From positions 107,558 through 171,557 of the forward strand of contig JAWKQI010000001.1 in assembly GCA_041390245.1 (NCBI GenBank): a stretch of DNA of 64,000 nt. Reading direction: 5' to 3'. The notes under the pieces were generated by a model, which made no database searches, was not told where the DNA came from, and saw nothing but the letters and a program-made list of their open reading frames with translations. This document shows, piece after piece, positions 37,937-47,418 of this stretch (position 1 is the first letter of the stretch; the number at the start of each line of letters is the position of its first letter). The DNA is from Eubacteriales bacterium. GTDB taxonomy: Bacteria > Bacillota > Clostridia > Christensenellales > JAWKQI01. Both the position numbers and the translations under genes were made by a program.

Positions 37937-39640
37937 TTAAAAGGACATACCTTTTTTACACAGCCCGCAACCGTTACATAAGGTTTCGTCTATAACCACT
38001 CCGTTGTCTGTATTTATTATCGCAGGGCAGCCAAGCTTTAAACAAAGCCCGCATTGTCTGCAATCAGTTACCTTTAAAGCCTTTCCCCTTGACTTTCCTT
38101 TTTCAAGCAATTCACAGGGGCGTTTGGCTATTATAACTGATATTTCCTTTTTAGCTGTTTCTTCTTTTATCGCTTTTGTCAAATCCTCTATTTCAAATGG
38201 GTCAACGACCCGTACGTTGTTTACGCCTATAGCATTAATAAGCTTAACTAAGTCTAGCTTCGGAGCGGCCTCACCTTTGGCATTTTTGCCTGTCCCCGGG
38301 TGATCCTGATGCCCTGTCATTCCAGTTGTCGAATTGTCTAGTATTATAACTGTCGACGCTTTGGCATTATACACCATGTCGATAAGTCCGGTAATGCCGG
38401 AATGTATGAACGTACTGTCACCTATAACGGCAACTGTATTTTTAGCAAATTCTTCACCGCGTGCTTTTTCTATGCCTGTAGCCATACCAATAGATGCACC
38501 CATGCAGACGCAACTGTCTATACCAAAAAGCGGCGGTAATGCGCCTAGCGTATAACACCCTATATCTCCGCAGGCTACCATGTTTAGCTTGTTAAGCACA
38601 TAGTAAACCGCCCTATGAGGGCATCCGGGGCACAAAACCGGCGGACGCTGCGGCAGCTCCTGTAATTCTTTATGAGAAATATCTTCGTTTAATATCGCCT
38701 TTTTTATCTTGTTTACGCTATATTCGCCCTGAACCGTAAACAAAGCTTTTCCTTCGCACTTGATCCCGTTTGCCTTTAGCTGATCTTCAATGAAAGGCTC
38801 CAGTTCCTCGATTACATACAGCTTTTTGACTTTCTTCGCAAAGTCTTTAACCATATCCATATTTATCGGGTAAACCATGCCCAGTTTTAAAACAGATGCA
38901 TTTGGGAGTGCTTCTTTAACGTAGTTGTAACAGATTCCGGAAGTGACCACGCCTATATCGCCTGATAACATCTCAACGGTGTTTATGTCAAGGCTATTGG
39001 CAGCCTCGGTAAGTTTTTTCATTCTTTCTTCAACTATAATATGGCGTTTCTTTGCCATCCCGGGCATCATGACGTATTTCATTACGTCTTTTTTATATTC
39101 CTTTAAAGGTATTTCCTCTCTCTTGCCTATATTTACTAGGCTCTGTGAGTGTGAAATACGCGTATGAGTACGCACCAAAACCGGCGTATCATATTCTTCG
39201 CTTATATCATAAGCTGCTTTCATTAATTCCTTTGCTTCGGCACTGTCAGCTGCCTCAAGCATGGGCAGATGTGCACTCCTTGCATAAAACCGGCTGTCCT
39301 GCTCATTTTGACTTGAATGCATTCCTGGGTCGTCTGCAACTATTACTACCAACCCTCCGTTGACACCTGTATAAGACGCTGTAAAAAGCGGGTCTGCCGC
39401 GACGTTTAAACCTACATGCTTCATCATGCAAAGTGCGCGCGCACCTCCCATTGAAGCACCAATAGCTACTTCAAGCGCAACCTTTTCATTAGGGGACCAC
39501 TGCGCCTTTACTTCGTCATACTTGACTATACTCTCCAAAATTTCAGTGCTTGGCGTACCTGGATATGCTGCAGCTACAGTTACCCCTGCCTCATATGCGC
39601 CGCGGGCATACGCCTCGTTCCCTAGCATTAGTTTTTTCAT
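37937..39640 (-). CDS. iorA: Indolepyruvate:ferredoxin oxidoreductase alpha subunit
   Basis: TPP-binding domains plus a C-terminal 2x[4Fe-4S] region (CRQCGLC...CNGCGLC). Confidence 0.88.
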   Translation of the reverse strand: MKKLMLGNEAYARGAYEAGVTVAAAYPGTPSTEILESIVKYDEVKAQWSPNEKVALEVAIGASMGGARALCMMKHVGLNVAADPLFTASYTGVNGGLVVIVADDPGMHSSQNEQDSRFYARSAHLPMLEAADSAEAKELMKAAYDISEEYDTPVLVRTHTRISHSQSLVNIGKREEIPLKEYKKDVMKYVMMPGMAKKRHIIVEERMKKLTEAANSLDINTVEMLSGDIGVVTSGICYNYVKEALPNASVLKLGMVYPINMDMVKDFAKKVKKLYVIEELEPFIEDQLKANGIKCEGKALFTVQGEYSVNKIKKAILNEDISHKELQELPQRPPVLCPGCPHRAVYYVLNKLNMVACGDIGCYTLGALPPLFGIDSCVCMGASIGMATGIEKARGEEFAKNTVAVIGDSTFIHSGITGLIDMVYNAKASTVIILDNSTTGMTGHQDHPGTGKNAKGEAAPKLDLVKLINAIGVNNVRVVDPFEIEDLTKAIKEETAKKEISVIIAKRPCELLEKGKSRGKALKVTDCRQCGLCLKLGCPAIINTDNGVVIDETLCNGCGLCKKGMSF

Positions 39641-39655
39641 ATACCATTTCTCCCG

Positions 39656-40948
39656 TTATCTTAAATCTGTTACACGAGAAGCTTTTCCGGTGAAACGTTT
39701 TAAAGTTCCTGGTTCTTTTAACTTTATGTCAACGTTTATATTAAGTACCGTAAAGATATTGTGTTTGATTTTCTTTATCAAGTTTTCAAGGTCGTTATAC
39801 CTGTTTATAAGGCCGGCATCCGTAACTTCAACCAAAACCTCTATTTTATCCATATACCCGTCTTTAGTGACGATTATCTCATAATATGGAGCTATACCGT
39901 CCATGCCAACAAGTACGCTTTCTATCTGTGAAGGGAATACGTTTACCCCGCGGATTATGAGCATGTCGTCTGTGCGGCCTTGTATCTTTCCCATTCTGGT
40001 AGATGTCCTACCGCATTTGCACGGCTCTTCTATAAGCCAGGATATATCCTTCGTCCTGTATCTTAAGATAGGCATTCCTTCCTTTGCAAGCGAGGTTATA
40101 ACTACTTCTCCTTTTTCGCCTGCTGGAAGCGGCTCCAAAGTTTTAGGGTCTATAACCTCAACCAAAAAACAATCTGTTGCTATATGCATTCCGTCTTTAT
40201 ATGTACACTCACCTGCAACCCCAGGGCCAATAATTTCACTTAGCCCGTAATTTTCTGTTGCTATTATGTTCCATCTCTTCTCTATTTCACGGCGCATCTC
40301 ATCCGTATGTCCTTCTCCTCCAAACAGCCCCAACCGCAGAGGCAGTTTTAAAGTATCTATTCCCATTTGTTCTGCAACTTCGGCCATATAAAGGGCATAA
40401 GACGGAGTACATACAAGTATAGTACTCCCAAAATCCTGCATTATATTTAACTGCCTTTCCGTGTTGCCGCTGGATATAGGTACAACTGCAGCGCCTATCT
40501 TTTCAAGCCCATAATGCAAGCCGAACGCCCCGGTGAAAAGACCATATCCAAATGCTATCTGAGCTACGTCTCCCGGTTCCGCCCCTGCACAGCAGACCAT
40601 TCTGGCAACTACCTCAGACCACATATCAAGGTCGTTTTTTGTATAGCCTACAACCGTAGGTTTGCCGGTAGTGCCCGAAGAAGCATGCACGCGCGCCAGT
40701 TTGCTAACCGGCAATGCGAAAAAATTAAAAGGATAATTCTCCCTTAAATCGTCTTTAACTGTAAACGGAATGTTGTGTAAATCGCTAAGTTTCTTTATAT
40801 GAGAAGGTTTTAAACCTATTTCATCGAATTTCTTTTTGTAATGCGGGACATTTTCATAACAGTTTTCAACAGTTTTTTTAAGACGCCCCATTTGTATCTC
40901 GGCTATTTCATCGTTCGTTGCAGTTTCCATTTTAGAGTTCCAAATCAT
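39656..40948 (-). CDS. paaK: Phenylacetate-CoA ligase family protein (copy 1)
   Basis: Paralogue of 36023-37321 with the same motifs. First gene of the cluster. Confidence 0.85.
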   Translation of the reverse strand: MIWNSKMETATNDEIAEIQMGRLKKTVENCYENVPHYKKKFDEIGLKPSHIKKLSDLHNIPFTVKDDLRENYPFNFFALPVSKLARVHASSGTTGKPTVVGYTKNDLDMWSEVVARMVCCAGAEPGDVAQIAFGYGLFTGAFGLHYGLEKIGAAVVPISSGNTERQLNIMQDFGSTILVCTPSYALYMAEVAEQMGIDTLKLPLRLGLFGGEGHTDEMRREIEKRWNIIATENYGLSEIIGPGVAGECTYKDGMHIATDCFLVEVIDPKTLEPLPAGEKGEVVITSLAKEGMPILRYRTKDISWLIEEPCKCGRTSTRMGKIQGRTDDMLIIRGVNVFPSQIESVLVGMDGIAPYYEIIVTKDGYMDKIEVLVEVTDAGLINRYNDLENLIKKIKHNIFTVLNINVDIKLKEPGTLKRFTGKASRVTDLR

Positions 40949-41198
40949 TTCCCTTAAGCACCTTCCCAGTCTTAGATATTACAGCAGGCAAAAAAAATAT
41001 ATACTTATAAGAAAAAGTGCACAACCGTGCTACCATACTGCATCAATATAAGACATTATACAACAAATATAATTAAAAGCAAAGTTATTGAACTTTAAAA
41101 ATTTTTTATATTTTCACAACTTATCCGGAGATGTTTTTTTATTAATTACACATTTTTTTTGTAAATATAAAATACATTTATAATGGAGGACACTTAAA

Positions 41199-42119
41199 AT
41201 GTATATAAGCAATGTTGTAAATGTAACTAAGCCTTATTCCTATCTTAATTTTTTAATAGACTGCGCCAATCTATCTAAAAAATATGGTGAAAACATATCG
41301 GTTACTCACACCGGTTTTTCGGAATACGGGCGGCGTCTCATAATGATAAGGATAGGTACCGGCGACAAAAAACTCCTGTTTACCGGCACAAATCATGCAA
41401 GGGACCATATAACATGCTCTTACTTAATGAAAATGTGCGATGAATATTTAGCATATTTAGATAAACCGACATACTCTATCCCGTTTAATATACGCGAGAT
41501 ACTAAATAGGTGCAGAATATACATTATACCTATGGTTAATCCAGACGGGCTTGAAATTTCACAAAATATAAAGCCGAATTCTAATATAGTTCATATGCTT
41601 CGCAGCCATGATATCAAGGAATGGAAGGCAAACGCACGTGGAGTAGACCTAAGTATGCACTTCCCGTGCTTGTGGGACGAACTTAAATCACAACCTTCAC
41701 CTGGATTCGAAGGCTATAAGGGAAATGCCCCCGGTGTCCAGCGCGAGGCAGTCGCTTTGATGTCACTGTGCCGCCGTGAAAAATTCGACCTTTCGGTTTC
41801 GTTTTATGCAAAAGGCGAGCAAATATACTTTGCAGATGCTTTAACTCAAAACAAGATAAGAAATGCTGGCATCATAGCACGTAAATGCTCACAGTTGACC
41901 GGATATCAAATGATGCCTCCGCAGGAAGACCCACAGACCTATGCCGGAAGTTTTGAAAGCTGGTTCCGGCAGGAATTTGAAAAAATAGCACTTTCAATTA
42001 AAATAGCCCCGAATAATTCAAGCGGTACTCCAGGAGACATTGCAAAATTTGATGATCAAATATGGCCTAGATGCCGCTATCTGGGGCTCTTACTAGCAGA
42101 ACAAGCGATATTTTTATAA
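41199..42119 (+). CDS. M14-family carboxypeptidase homologue with substituted catalytic residues
   Basis: NHARDHIT, NPDG, NARGVDLSMHF, SFYAKGEQIYF, GSFESWF and LSIKIA align by eye to the M14 motifs HxxE, NPDG, DLNRNF, H-S-x-G and T-I-E. Confidence 0.7.
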   Translation: MYISNVVNVTKPYSYLNFLIDCANLSKKYGENISVTHTGFSEYGRRLIMIRIGTGDKKLLFTGTNHARDHITCSYLMKMCDEYLAYLDKPTYSIPFNIREILNRCRIYIIPMVNPDGLEISQNIKPNSNIVHMLRSHDIKEWKANARGVDLSMHFPCLWDELKSQPSPGFEGYKGNAPGVQREAVALMSLCRREKFDLSVSFYAKGEQIYFADALTQNKIRNAGIIARKCSQLTGYQMMPPQEDPQTYAGSFESWFRQEFEKIALSIKIAPNNSSGTPGDIAKFDDQIWPRCRYLGLLLAEQAIFL

Positions 42120-42120
42120 G

Positions 42121-42150
42121 AAAAAAGCACTTTTTAAAAGTGCTTTTTTT
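42121..42150. terminator. Bidirectional intrinsic terminator between the M14 gene and degV
   Basis: A6-GCACTT-loop-AAGTGC-T7. Confidence 0.7.
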
Positions 42151-43012
42151 ATTTTCTAAAATAAACTACCGCTAGTGTTCCCGGGCCTGCATGGCTTCCT
42201 ATAACCGGCCCGACCATCTTTATGCGTACGTCTTTTGCCTGTGTCTTTTCAAGTATTTTATTCTTTAAATCTGCTGCCACATCTTCGCAATCTGCATGCA
42301 GTATATAAACCGGGGAATCCGGGCTTTCAAGAAACTCCGCTACCTTTTCCACCATATAGCGTTTAACTTTATTAAGACCGTTTAATTTATCTATATTTAC
42401 TATTTTGCCTTCCTCATTTATCGTAAGTATCGGCTTAATATCGAGCAGTGTCCCTAGAAATGCCTGAGACCCGGAAAGCCTTCCGCCTCTTTTTAAAAAT
42501 CCAAGGTCATCTACTGCGAACCAGGCCGTAGCTTTATTTTTGTTATCCTCTACCCACTTTAAAACTTCGTCAAGGCTTTTGCCTTGATTCTTCAAATCTA
42601 TTGCTTTCATCACTATAAGCCCAGCCGGCATTGATATGCTCTTTGTGTCTACAACTTCAAGGCGTGCGTCAGGATATTCAGCTAAGATCTCTTCTGCCGC
42701 CATGCAGGATAAGTTATAGTGGCCGGATAACTCGGATGAAAAACAAAGATACAAAATATCCAGGCCTTTGTCTAGCTGTTCTTTATAAAAGTTCGCGATG
42801 TCAACAGGCGGGCGAGTAGACGTTGTAGCGGTTGCACCTTCCCGAAGCTTTTTATAGAACTCCTTTTCCACTTTTTCGTCTTTTCCCAGATCGTAAAGCT
42901 TCTCGTCATTATCAATTGTATATGGCATTAAAAATACCGGTATTTTGTTTTCTTCTGCATATTCGTACGGCAGTTCAGTGTCTGAATCTGTAACTATTAT
43001 ATAGTCTCTCAT
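42149..43012 (-). CDS. DegV-family fatty-acid-binding protein
   Basis: 287 aa with a DegV N-terminus (IIVTDSDTELP). Confidence 0.88.
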   Translation of the reverse strand: MRDYIIVTDSDTELPYEYAEENKIPVFLMPYTIDNDEKLYDLGKDEKVEKEFYKKLREGATATTSTRPPVDIANFYKEQLDKGLDILYLCFSSELSGHYNLSCMAAEEILAEYPDARLEVVDTKSISMPAGLIVMKAIDLKNQGKSLDEVLKWVEDNKNKATAWFAVDDLGFLKRGGRLSGSQAFLGTLLDIKPILTINEEGKIVNIDKLNGLNKVKRYMVEKVAEFLESPDSPVYILHADCEDVAADLKNKILEKTQAKDVRIKMVGPVIGSHAGPGTLAVVYFRK

Positions 43013-43082
43013 ATCTACCCCTCCAAAATTAATATATTATGATATCTATGAGTCCAAGCCATATAGGCTTAACTTAAAACGG

Positions 43083-46000
43083 CTATATTTTTTTTATATT
43101 ATATTCCTCAAATAATTTATCAAGCATATTAAGCGCAAACACTATCTGGTCTTCTTTATGGTCTGCTGCTAAATTAAACCTTAACCTAGACTGGTTTTTA
43201 GGTACTGCAGGATAAACAGCCGCAGGTACAAAAATACCTTTGCTAAGCATCTTCTCACTTAATATATATGCGTCTAAATCACTTCCTACAAGTACCGGTA
43301 TGATTGCGCTTTCACCCGCCAGGCAGATGTTAAAGTTATGGCGCTTCGCCTCTCTTACAAATGTCTTTATATTTTTGTGAAGAGACTTAACTCTGGAATT
43401 ATCTTTAATCATAATTTCGATAGCTTTAAGCGAAGCAGCAGCCAGCGCCGGGCTTAACCCAACCGAGAATACGAACCCCGGCATCGAATACTTAAGATAC
43501 GATATAAGCGAGCTTTTTCCTGCCAGATATCCACCGCATGTCCCGAGGCCTTTAGATAACGTGCCCATTTTTATATCTATGTCATCAGGCGCAAGGTTAA
43601 AATACTCATCTACGCCCCTGCCCGTTTCACCTATTACGCAGCTGGAGTGCGCTTCGTCTACCATCAGGAATGCGCCGTACTTTTTCTTTAAGCGAACAAA
43701 CTCAGGTATCGGCGCGATGTCTCCGTCCATTGAATAAACGCCTTCTACTATTATTAAAATCTTTTCATATTTGGGGCGGGACATTTTAAGCAGGTTTTCT
43801 AAAGCTGACAGATCGTTATGCGGAAAGGCCTTAGTATCGCTCTTTGAAAGCTGGCAGCCCTGTGTAATAGAATTATGAGAAAGCGCATCATATAGTATGA
43901 TGTCATTCTCGCTGCAAAAATTACCTACAAATGTAACGTTCGTGGAATGCCCGCCTACACATACAATAGCATCTTCCGTATGCTTCCACTCTGCAATTTT
44001 CTTTTCCAGCTTACGGTGGAGGGATTTTTCCCCGCCGATCAGCCTTGATCCGCTGGCAGAAGTGCCGTATTTGTCTATAGCTGCTTTTGCCGCTGCCACA
44101 GTCTCGGGATGCCCGGAGAAGCCTAGGTAATTATATGCGCCGAAGTTTATAACTTCCTTGCCGTTGACGATAGAGGTATCCTTTATAACCGATTCATGCT
44201 GGATAAAGAACGGGTCTGCCATACCAGAGTCTTCTATCTCTTTTCTTCTCAATAAGTAAGCCTTGTACTCTTTTGAATCTTCGAACTTAGTAATGGCTTC
44301 AACTTCTTGTTTTTGCCCTTTTACTTCCTCTTCTTCTATGCCTTTTATCCTGTTGTATAAAAGCTTCGATAAATCATATACGCATGTGCATGTAAGATAA
44401 TCGCTTTCGTTTATCGGTATGTTATACATTTCTTCTGCCTTGGTCATAACACTTAAGCTGGAAAGAGAATCTCCACCCAAGTCGTCTATAAAATGGGCAT
44501 TATCAGAGACATTTGCAACTTCTAAACTGAGTACATCTGCAAATATGCTCCTTATAGTTTCTTTTATCTCGACAAACATAGGGTCTTTTATCTGTTCTAA
44601 TAAGTCCTCATGCTTATTTACCATATCGGTTTTTATAGCTTTATTTTTTAAATCTACTTCAACGCACTTTAACTTGCCATCTTCAAGCATATTTCTTAAT
44701 GCCTGGCGTTTTACCTTTATTCCGGAAGCTAGAGGCAGTGCTTCATTAGATATTACCACTCTTGTCAGCTTTTTATATATAGGAAGATATGCGTTTGCAG
44801 AATATATCTCGTCTATTGCCCGCTTAATATCATCTCCGCTTGGGCTTTCGCCCATGTATATTACAAGCGCGATATCCTCATAAGGCCCTTCTTTTGCGGT
44901 CCCGGTAACACAGTAGCTCTCCACTCCGCTTATACTTATAAAAGCATCTTCAACCTCATCAGGATATACGTTTTCTCCGGACTCGTTTACTATAACTTCT
45001 TTTATCCTACCATCTATAAAATATTTTCCATGAACTAGCGAAGCCATGTCGCCCGTTGCAAAACATTCTTCAGTTATATCCCTTTTTTCATACTTACCGT
45101 CTATCATTCTTCCCGAGTGTATAGACTCGCCTTTAACTAAAAGCTCGTTTACTCCGGAAACGTTTTTAAGCGAATACTGCGTTGGGCTGAGTGGGTCTCC
45201 GACGCTTCCAGCAAGCATTGTACCTATATCCTCTGACAGCTCAACAGAATTTATGCCTGTTTCTGTCATCCCATAACCGTTTACCAAATGGTATCCAAGC
45301 CCGTTTACAATCCTTAGCGTTTCAGGTAAAATATGCCCTCCTCCGCTTATCATGAACCTTACGTCGCTCCCAAAAAGTTTAGACTGTATTTCCCTAAAAA
45401 ACAGTTTAGTAGCAACTGCCCTGCCGTATTTTCCAAGCCTCTTTTGCAATGCCAGGCTTCTTGACAAATATTTTTCAAGTTTGTCTACAGTCTCCTGCCC
45501 ACCGAGCCTTGCTTTTTTCAATAAACTAAACGCCACATTGTTCCAAAAAAGCGGTACCGCAAATATATGCGTTACTTTTAGTTTTCGGCAGGTGTGCATT
45601 ATTGTTTCCGGCGTCATATCCTTTATATAAATAACACATTTTGAAAATATCGAACTCCAGAGAAATACGGCGATAAACCCGAAAATATGGTGGAACGGCA
45701 AAAATGCAAGGTTTCTCATATCATCGTCGCTTAATAAATCATTTTTCTTTGATAAAATATCTTTTGTAGCTGAAAGCTGTTTTATAATGGTCTTTTCTTC
45801 ATAGACATTGACCTTTGAAGTGGCTGTGGTTCCCGATGTGCAAATGGCGACTCTGTCTCCAAATTTATCTGAAAAGCTGTAATTATAGTCATACTGTGAT
45901 AGTTTAGCAACCTTTTCCGGATCTATGATTTTTATACCCGGAAGTTTAGCCTCTGCATCCGTTATAATTGCCTTAGCGCCGGCTTGCTTTAAAATATGCA

Positions 46001-46322
46001 TCGTAGCGGTATCATCAGAACGGTAATCTATCAAAACCACATTGTTCCCTGCCGCTAATATAGACCAGAACACTACCGGCCAGACAGGAGAATTTTTTAA
46101 CTTAAGGCCTACGAATTCACCTTTTCCATCGATCTCATTTAAAATTTTTTTTGTAGCGGAGCCAATCATGCCCCTATACTCTTTATATGTGATCTTTTTG
46201 ATTTCATCACTATCCAGCAAATACTCTGCTGCAATATCTTCTGTGCTATATATCATTTCAAAAAGGTCTCTTATCGTACGCTGCTTAACTAAGCGGCTAA
46301 GTTTTTTGTCGCAGTCTCCCAT
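43083..46322 (-). CDS. Tri-domain fusion: acyl-adenylate-forming ligase, acyl carrier domain, and PLP-dependent alpha-oxoamine synthase (AONS/SPT family)
   Basis: - Residues 1-555: TSGTTATSK, GYGMTETG, TGD, GRIKEVIV..GENVYP.
- ACP domain: LGGDS619L (codon 44468-44466).
- Residues 700-1079: NYLGF, GSRLIGGE, DEAHS, TLSK924G (codon 43553-43551). Confidence 0.85.
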   Translation of the reverse strand: MGDCDKKLSRLVKQRTIRDLFEMIYSTEDIAAEYLLDSDEIKKITYKEYRGMIGSATKKILNEIDGKGEFVGLKLKNSPVWPVVFWSILAAGNNVVLIDYRSDDTATMHILKQAGAKAIITDAEAKLPGIKIIDPEKVAKLSQYDYNYSFSDKFGDRVAICTSGTTATSKVNVYEEKTIIKQLSATKDILSKKNDLLSDDDMRNLAFLPFHHIFGFIAVFLWSSIFSKCVIYIKDMTPETIMHTCRKLKVTHIFAVPLFWNNVAFSLLKKARLGGQETVDKLEKYLSRSLALQKRLGKYGRAVATKLFFREIQSKLFGSDVRFMISGGGHILPETLRIVNGLGYHLVNGYGMTETGINSVELSEDIGTMLAGSVGDPLSPTQYSLKNVSGVNELLVKGESIHSGRMIDGKYEKRDITEECFATGDMASLVHGKYFIDGRIKEVIVNESGENVYPDEVEDAFISISGVESYCVTGTAKEGPYEDIALVIYMGESPSGDDIKRAIDEIYSANAYLPIYKKLTRVVISNEALPLASGIKVKRQALRNMLEDGKLKCVEVDLKNKAIKTDMVNKHEDLLEQIKDPMFVEIKETIRSIFADVLSLEVANVSDNAHFIDDLGGDSLSSLSVMTKAEEMYNIPINESDYLTCTCVYDLSKLLYNRIKGIEEEEVKGQKQEVEAITKFEDSKEYKAYLLRRKEIEDSGMADPFFIQHESVIKDTSIVNGKEVINFGAYNYLGFSGHPETVAAAKAAIDKYGTSASGSRLIGGEKSLHRKLEKKIAEWKHTEDAIVCVGGHSTNVTFVGNFCSENDIILYDALSHNSITQGCQLSKSDTKAFPHNDLSALENLLKMSRPKYEKILIIVEGVYSMDGDIAPIPEFVRLKKKYGAFLMVDEAHSSCVIGETGRGVDEYFNLAPDDIDIKMGTLSKGLGTCGGYLAGKSSLISYLKYSMPGFVFSVGLSPALAAASLKAIEIMIKDNSRVKSLHKNIKTFVREAKRHNFNICLAGESAIIPVLVGSDLDAYILSEKMLSKGIFVPAAVYPAVPKNQSRLRFNLAADHKEDQIVFALNMLDKLFEEYNIKKI

Positions 46323-46450
46323 CTAAAGAATTCCTCCGTAATAAAAAATAAAAAAATGATGCCAGTATGGTTATAATATGATTTATAACATAATATCATA
46401 TTTTTGGTATTATAACAACGTAGCATATGTTAATTTCTTACAAATAAATA

Positions 46451-46472
46451 GGGAAGAAAATTTTTCCTTCCC
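46451..46472 (-). terminator. Hairpin after ogg
   Basis: GGGAAG-N10-CTTCCC followed on the minus strand by UAUUUAUUUG. Confidence 0.45.
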
Positions 46473-46486
46473 GTATTTTTACATAT

Positions 46487-47338
46487 TCATATAAACAATT
46501 CTCTATGGTTCCTTGCATAGTGAAAAAGATATTGCTGCGCTATGCCAGCATTCTCTCCGAATTTGTCTTCCAAAAATTTTAAAAGCTGTTTATCCGTAAA
46601 ACAGACCCCGTATGTCTTGGACAAGACCCGTTTCATCCATACGTCTACCGGAAAAGCGTTTGAAAAACCAAGTGAATAAAGCAATACGCAATCTGCAACC
46701 TTGTTACCTACGCCAAACAGCGTATTCAACTTTTTTCTCGCTTCCAAATACTCCATGCTTTTTACACCTTCTAAATCAAACCCATCGCAAATGCTTTTTA
46801 CAGTTTTGGCTAAATATGGTGCCCTGTATCCTGCCCCGCACTCGTAAAAATCTTTTTCCGTAGCTTTTTTAAGCTCCTCAGGCTTCGGAAAAGCATAGTG
46901 CTCCCCATCGATTTCACGCCCGAAACGGCGGCAGACTTCCTTTATAATGCGTGAGATACGGGCTATATTGTTATTTGCAGAGATTATGAACGAAATAAGC
47001 GTTTCGAAAGGTTCTTGATTTAAGACTCTCATACCATCGGCATATTTTATAACTTCCTCCAGCGCTTCGTCTGTTGAAAAAGCACGTTTTAATTCCTCGT
47101 AATCCCTATTTAAATCAAAGTAATTAAACCAGATATTATAAAAATCTTCTTTTGAAACCGGGTACAGTATAATCGAGTCTTTTTTTTCTTCTATCGTTAT
47201 AACGCGCCCGTGAGCAACACCCGTTATCTTTTCCCCTAACTGTTCAAACCTAAACGTCTGCCCGCAAAACAAAGTCTGGCATGGCGAAAAAATTATATCT
47301 TTTAAAATAACTCTGTCTTTATCAAAACAAATTTCCAT
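46487..47338 (-). CDS. ogg: 8-oxoguanine DNA glycosylase/AP lyase (Ogg, HhH-GPD)
   Basis: OGG_N-like N-terminus plus HhH-GPD (GVGNKVADCVLLY...FPVDVW). Confidence 0.75.
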   Translation of the reverse strand: MEICFDKDRVILKDIIFSPCQTLFCGQTFRFEQLGEKITGVAHGRVITIEEKKDSIILYPVSKEDFYNIWFNYFDLNRDYEELKRAFSTDEALEEVIKYADGMRVLNQEPFETLISFIISANNNIARISRIIKEVCRRFGREIDGEHYAFPKPEELKKATEKDFYECGAGYRAPYLAKTVKSICDGFDLEGVKSMEYLEARKKLNTLFGVGNKVADCVLLYSLGFSNAFPVDVWMKRVLSKTYGVCFTDKQLLKFLEDKFGENAGIAQQYLFHYARNHRELFI

Positions 47339-47370
47339 AAGACCGACCCTTTTGTTTAGATAAATTAAAA

Positions 47371-47388
47371 GGCCAATTTACCTTGACC
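47371..47388 (-). terminator. Hairpin after rpmA
   Basis: Minus strand GGUCAA-GGUAAA-UUGGCC followed by UUUUAAUUU. Confidence 0.5.
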
Positions 47389-47418
47389 TTTTAACTTCAA
47401 AATTAATTATACAACCTA

